A DNA stretch of 64,000 bases from Octopus sinensis (Eukaryota). Position 1 is the first letter of the stretch. The number at the start of each line of letters is the position of its first letter. Shown here in pieces: positions 53,812 through 64,000 of this stretch. The stretch is from positions 7,874,001 to 7,938,000 of the forward strand of contig NC_043017.1 in assembly GCF_006345805.1 (NCBI RefSeq), read 5' to 3'. A program made the position numbers and the translations under genes. The notes beneath the pieces are model-generated. The model ran no database searches, had not been told where the DNA came from, and worked only from the letters and a program-made list of their open reading frames with translations.

Positions 53812-55739
53812 CATCTATATATGTGTGTGTATACATAACACTGTCCAACCCATGCCAGCAGGGAAAACAGATGTTAAACGATGATGATGACGATATATAT
53901 ATATAAAAATCCGTCTGTATATATATATATACATATATATATATATAAATAAATGTATGTGTGTGTCTGTATATAGCTAGCAGAGTATTTAATATGTATG
54001 TATGTATGTATGTATGCATGTATGTATATGCATGTATATGAGAGGAGAATTCTGTGTCACTTATGTAGAATTCGTGGATTTCTATGTATAAAGTCAGAGG
54101 AGGGGAGCTATCTCAAAAGATAAATATTCTTCTCTCCACTTCAGTAGATCTCAGTAAGAAACTAATACTTCAGATCCTCACATCACACACAGCTCTATCT
54201 ACTACAATGATTTTTCAATGGTGATTTGTCTTTTTTTCATGCAATGTATTTTTAGGAAATGGCTTTCTCCTATTTATTTTTTTAATGGTTTACTAGTTGT
54301 TGTCATTATTGTTGTTGTTTACCGTTTTTTACCAACTGTTTGAGGATTTTGTACTTTGGAGTTATTTCTATTTTTCTTTGCTTGTCTTATTATACCAATC
54401 TCATGTTCTTGTATTTATTATTATCTTTTTACCAATTGTTGTACCATCTACCTCTTAACTCTTTTATCTCTCTCTTTTGTACTCACAGACATATGCAAAA
54501 ATATACATATTTATAATTATACATATACATATGCAAATACATGCACATATGTAAAAACACACACATATGCAAGTGTGTACACACACAAATAAATATAGGT
54601 TTGTATGTGTGTACACATATTTGCATATCTGTGTGTCTATTTGCATACGTGTATATATTTACTTAAATGTGTGTGAATTTTTATGTGTGTGTGTGTATAC
54701 TTGTAAATATGTCTATATATATACTTACATATAAGTGTCTTTGTATATTTCACACACACACAACCACACAAACGCACGCACACACATATACACACACACC
54801 ATGCACATACATACAGACATGTGCTCACACACACATACATGAATACATCTATTATTCATATAGTTCATATATATACACACACTCGCATAGCCTTATTGTA
54901 GTACATATGTTACATACATATACACCTGTATCACAATGACATTTCCACTGTTTTTCAAAATTCTACCAAAGTAAAATTCTTTTTTTCTTTTCTTATCAGA
55001 ATCAACAAAGATTCACATTAAAACATTTCCTAAAGTGTCACTTGAAGACTTCCAACTTTCTATTTGATGAAATATAATTATCATCATCATTGCCATCATT
55101 ATCACCACTACCACCAACCTGCACCACCTCTTCATCATCATCATCATCCATTGACTGTCATCCTTTACTGTCAGCACCACCAGTACAGTGCCACCATTAC
55201 AATCATCACCACCTTTGCAATTATCATTACAGCCATCATCATTGTCATTTTCCACACTAATTCTTCAACAACAATTCCCTTATATTAGAATCTGAAAGCT
55301 CACTATTAAGCCAGTACTCTTCCCATTCCAGTATCTGTCAGCTTTGTTCAAGAGGACTACTGGTGGATTATGGCCAAAACCTTTTTAGTGCTGACAACAA
55401 GGGAATGAAGGTAGAAATCCCGAAACTCCTATTTCAGACAGAAATATTCACATATTGTAAATTAGTCATTGGTTAATAAGAAGGTTAATCTTTGTAATGT
55501 AAGAGTTACTTCTATGTATTAGCGAGCCCTACTTCAGCCATCTTGTTGATTAGCCTTGATCTAGCAGACTTGGATCAGAGTTGATCTGGAGCTAACCAAC
55601 AAAACACATCATTTAAATGTACACTTTGGACTGCTGTATGACCCATTGGTAAAAAGTGCATGCATAATTGGCTTGTTTCTTATACTTGTATATGGAATAA
55701 ATACCTACATTATATTGTTATTTGTTTGTTTCTTTTCAG

Positions 55740-55826
55740 ACAAGTCCTCGATACCAAATATGGATTGAAACGATGGCAAATAGGTGAAATTGCTTCCAAA
55801 ATTGGACAATTGTATTACCATTACTA
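55740..55826 (+). CDS. SCAI: Next SCAI coding exon (87 bp, phase 2-2): (R)QVLDTKYGLKRWQIGEIASKIGQLYYHY(Y)
   Basis: Acceptor tttgtttcttttcag before 55740; donor TA|gtaagt after 55826. It splices in frame to the 9151-9246 exon (AG+A = Arg) and continues the SCAI motif QVLDxxYGLKRWQIGEIASKIGQLYYHYY. Confidence 0.95.
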
Positions 55827-57499
55827 GTAAGTATGCAACCTGTTTACTCTTAACATAACTACAAAGATAATGAGTGATTACATACTTTATGAAGTAAAAA
55901 AATTTTTAAATCTTAAAATTACTATAACAATGTTAGTTAAATCTGGTGAAGCAAGACAAAGGGGTGACAACTCTGAAATCTTAATTAGAATTATTCATGC
56001 AGTGAGGAAATGAAAATAGTTTGATGACCAATATCATTTTAATCTGATGTATGGCAACCTTAGCCTAATGATAGCGACTGTATTAATCTTATTAATCACT
56101 CAAGTATTGTTTACATTTAGCATGTCTTTAACTATTATAAATATGCAGGGTAAGTTTATGTAAATCATAAGTAAATCATATGCAGTAAGTAAATCATATG
56201 CAGGGTAAGTTTATGTAGAGATTAACATAAATTTATTTGTAAGCCGGGAATCAATGTTGATCCTGACAACATTTGAACTTAGAAACGAGTGGCTATGAAC
56301 TAAGTACTGAATTGAGTTTTTTGTCCTCATGACTAGACACAAACAAGGCCAACTTTAAATCCAATTAAATCAACCCCTCTCCCAGTATAGTTTCAAGCAA
56401 TTATTTCAATTAAAAGGATATGAAATAAGAAATAGCTGTTCACAAACTTAATACTCAAAGGATATCCCATAAAACCTTGTACTCTATTGTTGCCACTAAC
56501 TCTGCTATTGCTGGATTTTGTCTGAAAAAGTTAAGTTACTCTCTGTGTATACATTTTGAAGTACACGTCTTTTAAATGTGTACTATAACCCATTGGTAAA
56601 AATTACATGCATTCTAACATTTCAGTACCAAATAGGTGCTATGTCTAGTACTTGTAAATATATCTTACAGTAAAAATAGGCTCCATGGTTAGAACTGGTA
56701 AATAAACTCAATGTTATTAGGCCCTGTGATTAGAACTTGTAAAAGCAGCTTTATATAACCAGTAAATACAGCTTATCTCTGTAAGGAGTGGAAACTCTCT
56801 GCAACTATATGATATTTCATCAGATTGCAGTACTGACTTCAAGTTTTCCTATCAGTCTGGGGAAGAAAACTTCAGTATTCAGCTTAAGTAAGATCAGAAC
56901 CACCAGTTTTCTTGCTCAGCTTTGCTATTTATCCTGGACCCTAGTTTGGGTCACAGGCTACATAGAATGATTGATGAATAACAATCCTTCGACTCACTTT
57001 TTGAACCCTTCAGATAAAAATCTACCATTCGTTCTCTCTTTTCCTCTCTCTACCATGAAGTTTCCATGGTGACTGATATTGTTTTACTGTACTATTTGAA
57101 ATCCTATACGCTAGAATATTTACACCAGCCAGAAACAAGATTACCTTTATCAATAAATGGACTTGTTGCTAGCAAGTTTTGTTTTTTATTATTATGTCTG
57201 AGTAGTCTGGAGCAGAGTTTGTTGGTTGTTACTGACACAGAGTTTGTTAATCAGGCAAATTATAAATATTCCATATCGATTGATTGTTGCTATAACTCCA
57301 AGAGATACTGGGGTGCCATTTTTAGCATGTCTTTTATAATAATAATGATAATAGTATTCATTGCATATTCAACTTTCTCCTGCTGACCTTTGGTAATATT
57401 GCAGCCTGCCTAGTATCCTGATGGACACGTCAGTTGTTAAACAATACACTTTTTTTACTTACAAGTGTAGTATCTTATGATACCTATGAATACCATAAA

Positions 57500-57950
57500 T
57501 GCAGGCATGGCAATATGGTTTGCAAGTTCACTTTCCCAGTTTCAATCTTACTCTTTGGTTTATTGACAAATGCCTTCTACAACAGCTTCATTTTGACTAA
57601 AGGCTTGAGAATAGAATTTGCTAGAGAGAAACTGTAAGAAGCCTGCTGTATGTATGTATATATATATATATATACACACATATATGTATACACATATATG
57701 TATGTGTGTATATGTGTGTGTGTGTGTGCATTTGTCCTCCACCACTGCTTGACAATCAGTGTTGGTTTGTTTGTGTCCCTGTAACTCTGTAACTTAGTGG
57801 TTCAGTATAAAATAATGATAGAATAAATATCTGGCTTTAAAAAGAAAAAGCACTGGTAATGATTCATTCAACTAAAAATTCTTCATGGTGGTGCCCCAGT
57901 ATGGCTACAGTTTAATGACTGAAACTAGTAAAAGATAGACGATAAAAGAT
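57500..57950 (+). mobile_element. SINE family A copy, diverged
   Basis: Head, central microsatellite and the tail ggtggtgccccagtatggctacagtttaatgactgaaac are all recognisable. Confidence 0.7.
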
Positions 57951-59776
57951 CATCAAGAAACCCCAATATTTGTTGCACACCTGAGTTGTGTAGACACTTT
58001 CTTGTCTTTCTTGCTGTCAAAAGTGCAATGAACTGATGATTGGCTTTTAAATGTACTTACAGAGACATTGATATTCATATAATACTTAAAATAAATTTTG
58101 ATAATATAGCTAGCTCGTCCAGTATGTAGCTACACCCATTTTTAAGTATTTTAACATTGATATTATTCATTTGTTATTCTGGTTAGGGTTTGATGATTCT
58201 TCTTTGATGCATTCTGAGGGCAGTATTACATGACTGTAAATAGGAGAAACCCTTAAGTTTAACCAAAGAAGATTGAATAAAAAAAAATTATCATTGATTA
58301 TGTTAAAAGTGTTCACCATGCAGAATAAGTTAATTTTAGCATGTAGAAGAGTAGAATTGTGACATTACTACCAATGCTAAATTATCATATTTATCACACA
58401 CATGCCTGTAGTGAGGTCAGACTTCTTCATCTCCCAAAAAAAGAAAGCCAACTTATTTCATTCTGTAAATGTCTGAAGACTTAATTTATTTGTATTTTCT
58501 GTTTGGCAACAAAGACCACCACTGGTTACCTTCACTTCTACTGTTTCATTATAAGTTGAAGGTGAACTGACTTACCAACTAGAAAATTAATGGTTCACAC
58601 CCCATCACCACCAACACTGCTAGTATGCTGTGGTATTGACACCAAATAACCACCGATTGTTTCATTATCTTGCAGTATTACACTTGATCAAATCATCTCA
58701 CAAGAGTAAACCACACATCATTCTCCTATCTAAATGGTGTGTGGTTTACACTTGATAAAAAAAAAATTAACTGTTGGAAGCACTGCTAACCTCATCCTAG
58801 TTGAAGTACCTCTTCAGAAACTACATACAACTGTATTCTAATGATATTTTATAATGCAAGTTGCAGCAAATCATCTTTGATCTTCCTACAGTAAATAAGG
58901 ATAGTCAGGGGTGATTAAGAGTAGTTAAATTTTAATCAATTAAAATTATACCCATAGTGAATTTTTGAAAAAGAAAGAAAAAAATCAGGTGTGGTTGTGT
59001 GGAAAGAAGTTTGCTTCCCAACTACATGGATCTGGGTTCAATCTCACTGTGCAGCACCTTGATGTATGCACAGACACACACACTAACTTAGCACATGGCC
59101 ACCACCTTTATTGCTGTTTTTTACTTTCAATGTACATGTCCAACATTACAGCTCATCATCTATCTCCACCGCAAGACTCAGAAGTCATGTTCTATCTATC
59201 TACATCTGGTCTTCATTACCACAACAACACTTGATAACAAAACACACAACTCTGTCTTTCCTTCCTCAGTAAAAGTTCACAGCCAAAAACATCAAACCTT
59301 TTTCCTTTCCTCATGATAACGAACTACATTTACTTTAACAACCACATTTCCTCTTTCATTACTTGTTTGTTGACACAGACCCTTGCTGATTTCCTCCAAT
59401 TATGGATTTTACCTTTGTTGTAACTAATTGTACTTTAGTGGTAATTTCTAAACACTAACTTGTTGTGTATTGATGATAGATTAAAATATATCAAGTGGTT
59501 AGCTTCTTTTACTGAATATGTTTGCAGTCAGCTATTATTAGTTTTCCTCTGTTTTGGTCTGTTTGGAAAGATGATATATTATGATGCTACCATTCTCAGA
59601 CTAAGTAACAAACAATAACATAAGAAAGATTTATAAGCTCTTCATTTTATCACTTGATGGACTGCTAATAAAACACAATATTATATGCTTTTCATGCTTG
59701 CTTAATTTCTTTTGAATCAACAACTCTTACTTCTATGTTTTAGGTGTTCATTACATGTGTGTGTATGAATATGTCT

Positions 59777-59817
<41 letters not shown>

Positions 59818-59826
59818 AATATGTCT

Positions 59827-59875
<49 letters not shown>

Positions 59876-62145
59876 GTGTGTGTGTGTGTGTGTTGTGTGT
59901 GTAATATATAACACACACATACACACACAAATTCATGTTTGTCTATATATATATATGCATCTGGGGCTTGGATCAACCAAGACTATAGTAAAAGATACCT
60001 TCTCAACGTACTACACAGTGGAATCAAACTTGGGACATCATGATTGTAAGGCAAATTTCTTAATCATGCCTTGGTAGGCAGAAACTGTGTGGAAGACCAT
60101 TGGATAAACTGTATTCATAATTTAAGAATTCAACACCTGCTGTAATGCATACTGTTTTGTGCTACCACTTATACTATATTTCAATCAATAGATAGTTTTT
60201 GTTTTCACTCAATCTAAAGGCACAACCATCTAGTCTTTTTATTCAGACAAAATATATCTAGGACTAATCATCTAATGTGTCCTTTCCTTTTTAAGATGGT
60301 GTGACTTAAGGGGGAGTTGGCTGCTATTTCTAGTAGGTCAATGACAGTGTAGAAATCCTAAAAGACTACTTCATTGTGGTAGCTACTCAGAATTAGGTGA
60401 ACTGTATATCATTGAAGTACTTTATACAGTGATCAGTTGTTGTTGTTTACCATTTAGACCAGACCCAGCAGACATGGTCAAAGACGTTCCAGTTATGACC
60501 ATTCTGACTTTTTAAATATTTAGAACTTTATCTAATATGCTCTTTTTTAAGGTTGTACAATGTAATATGATGGAAATTTAGCTACTATTTCTAATTCATT
60601 CATCAATTTGTAAGGCATTGTTGTTGTTTTTAGCCCTAGATCCACCCTGGTCAAGCTGACCTACGATCACAAATATCCCAGCTGTGACCATTTTGTCTTT
60701 TTCAAAGGCCTTGTGCAGTGCCAGGTTAACATTACCCAATGTGTCCTTCTTTAATTAGTGTTTTTGTTTTAGGTAGATTTTGACTGCCGTTTCTAGCAGG
60801 ATGAATGACCATACAGAGGTTCCTTTGTTGGCTTATAAGTTATAGCACACAATGACTTGACCATTATATGCTACATTTCCTGATCATGGACACACACACA
60901 CATAACAATAGTGAATGGATATGCTACTGTTCCCTAAGATGGTTGTTAGTACTCTATCATGCCTAAAGGAACTTTCTAGCATCTTGTTTTTCTTTCCAGA
61001 ATCAATTTCAAAAATATATTTAGATTTACACACATGCACAGATACATACACACATATATATATATATATTGAAACACAATCATGTACACACAGTAACACA
61101 CACATGTATTCAAACACAATCACACATGCATACTTGCTTACAAGCACACACACACACACACACACTTATGCATACACACACATGTGCACATACCTTGAGG
61201 TTAGAATTTACCACTCAAGATGTGTGAGGCAGTTAAGATGTAAGCATCAGGTGTGTGTGTAAGATAGGTATAATGTGTATAAGCTGTATGAATATATATA
61301 TATGTGAGTGTGAAAATTTTGTTTTTAACCTATTTATTACATACAAAATGATTGAGAAGTTGTTTCTTTAAAAGGAAATAAATAACAAAAATATATTTAT
61401 ATAATCATTCTTTGTAAATTTAACAGACACATACAAATATCATATATTTACTATTTATTATATATATGTATGTATATGTATATAATAAATAATAAATAAT
61501 ATATAGTGTATATATATATATATATATACATACATGCATATATGGGTACAGAACATCACCAACGGTTCACACAACATGAAATACGTAAACAACAAAAAAA
61601 GTGGAGAACAGGACAAGTAAACTCAGAGAAAGGACCCTTCATCAGTTGTCAGCTGTCTATCTACTCCTCATTTCAAGCATTTAACGACAATATATGTATA
61701 TCAGTGCATGGTTGAGTGTTGAAGTTTGCTTTACAGTGACATAGTTTCAGATTTGTGTGTCAGATTAGTCAAATGTTTTCTACCACACTTAAATCAGCGA
61801 AGGAAGTTTAGTCAATAGAAATTGTGCAGAAGCCAATCAAATAAACTATATCTGTGTTGTGAATAATGTGAAGGTGCGGTTTTGTCTCCTACATAGAGCT
61901 ACACTGATTTTGCCTAAAGAGTGCATCAAATAGGTTACTCACTCAGGTAATTTTGTAGATAGAACAAGAACATTCATGAAAACCAGTATGAAATTTTTTT
62001 TAATACCATTATTGTCATCATAATTATCCTTTTATATTGTTTTTTCCTTGCTGGCATGGTTTAATGAATCTCATAACATTCTGTCACATGCTACAGTTCT
62101 TCATCATCTAATATATATATATATGTATATATATATGTATATATA

Positions 62146-62177
<32 letters not shown>

Positions 62178-63530
62178 ACAAAGAAAACCAGCTATCTCTG
62201 TTGTCTGGTTTCATTTTTGTGGCATGGTTTTTAACAATTGGATGCATCTTCTATCACCAACCACATTACTCCATCAGTTTAGAATATTATTTTATAATGC
62301 CATTGGCATGGGAAAGGTTGTCTTAGGGTGTTGGATAGAATGCTACATGGTGTTTGTTCCAGCTCTATATATTTTGAGTTCAAATCTTGCCAAGGTCAGT
62401 TTTGTCATTTACTGTTTTGGGATCAATAAACACAGTACAAATGCAAGGAAATGTAATGGTGGAAGTAGGGTGAAAGGCTTTGCAGTATGTATTTTCAGTT
62501 CTTTGCATTTTGATTTCAAATTCTCTACCTTACTGAAGTCCCATCAAAAGTAAGGTTATTGTGAAATACTGGTGTTGAGTCGAGTGTGAAAAAAGAGACT
62601 GCTTATAAAACTCCAATGAGTTAATAATATGGCTTAAGTTCATAAAATCCCTCTGGTACAGCAAAGAGTGCAGCATGTGTGTGTGTGTATGAGTGATGAA
62701 AAAATTACTTATTCATCAGAGCTTATATCTTATTCTGCTGTGCTTGAAAAGGAATATTTTAGTTAAATTTTTGATTATAGGGAATTGTGGTGCTGTGACA
62801 ATCACATTTTCTCTACAAAGCTTAGCTGTATAAATGACTTGATTTCATTTCAGCTGAGAATTGAAAAGGCATGCATCCTTTCATGGGAGCTTGTCTTGTC
62901 CCCTTGAAAAATATAATATTTACATTGTTATTGTAACATAAGCATCACTTCATAAGATTTTATTTCATTTACCCTTATTAATATATGCAGCTATTATAAT
63001 TTATCCCTTCATACATGTACTTGTTTTTATGTGTCCCCTTTTTTTTTATACACATAACCCCTACTTTTATTCAATTAAAAACCATAAAAGAATGCCTCTT
63101 CCTACCCATCTTATCTTTCTAAATGTGGTTTGTATTAAAATGAAAATAAATATTTAATAGAGAAACACAATGCCACAGAAATGGAAGGATTAAATCAGTT
63201 CCTGAATGTATTAAAATTTGAAGTTATCTAAAAGCAATTTGACAGCTTCTAAACTCTTCATCATCAACAGCAGCATCATTATCATCACCACCATCATTAG
63301 CATCATGATCTCACTAGAACTCACCATCATCACCACTCTTATTGCCACAACCACCGTGACTGTAAGTCACCACAATCATCAGCAAGACCACAGGAACATT
63401 AACTAAAAAAAAAATTACTGCTGCCACCACCACCGCAACTGTTATCAATAACTGCAATTTTCACCTTCATTGTTGACTACTACTGTTACCATCACTACTA
63501 TCAATGACCACTCTGGTCATTGATAAAGAT

Positions 63531-63583
63531 CATTGGCAGTAATTATAGCCACATAACCACATTGGCAGTAATTATAGCCACAT
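63531..63583. repeat. Exact short direct duplication cattggcagtaattatagccacat
   Basis: Two copies 29 bp apart. Confidence 0.85.
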
Positions 63584-64000
63584 CACCATCAGTTTTCTAG
63601 CTGTATCTGTTTGGATGTGATTCAAGAGGAGCAGTTATTTTCATCAACTGTTCTGTCTCTGAACCTACTTTAAATTTAGCAATTCAGTTCAGATGTTGTT
63701 GTTGTTGTTTAGCCTTAGTTCAGCCCTGATTGAGCTCTTACATCTACAGGCATCTGCACATCCAAAGAAAGGCCACCTGACTGACATGAGTTCCTTCATC
63801 AACACATTCCAGCCTCTAGCCCATTAGACATGCTGTGTCCTCAGTTTGTAGTCTCTGCTCCTCAAATATGAATGTCCACTTCTACTCAAGCGTTCTTGAC
63901 TTACTTGTCTCCTCTTTTATCATCCATACTGTGTCCCTTTCCCTCAGGATCTGCAATTATCACTCTATCTAGTCTTTGCTCTCCTGAATGTTGGGCCTCT

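Larger units (their letters stand above)
9247..55739 (+). other. SCAI: 46,493-bp GT-AG intron of SCAI
   Basis: Bounded by gtaag at 9247 and cag ending at 55739. The peptides of the flanking exons are contiguous in SCAI. Confidence 0.88.

Overview
AT-rich, microsatellite-dense eukaryotic DNA. The repeat landscape resembles an octopod cephalopod genome, which is my inference and is not proven here. The only host-gene coding sequence I can support is two consecutive + strand exons of SCAI (suppressor of cancer cell invasion): 9151-9246 and 55740-55826, joined in frame across a 46,493-bp GT-AG intron. The whole window is therefore probably inside the SCAI gene. Nearly all ORFs in the supplied track are microsatellite or repeat artefacts. 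The introns hold many transposable elements: several SINE families, including a young tRNA-derived copy with a 10-bp TSD; hAT MITEs with 8-bp TSDs; a piggyBac-type MITE; a non-autonomous Helitron; and fossils of Gypsy, CR1, R4/Dong-like, CRE-like and RTE-like retroelements. The most unusual signals are a decayed type I hammerhead ribozyme (12364-12458, minus strand) plus a second minimal candidate (~26570), a near-perfect 138/139-bp palindrome (45348-45626), and an RTE-like element whose endonuclease is joined directly to its C-terminal zinc fingers with no RT. All identifications come from motif recognition by eye; no database search was run, and repeat boundaries without a TSD or TIR are approximate.
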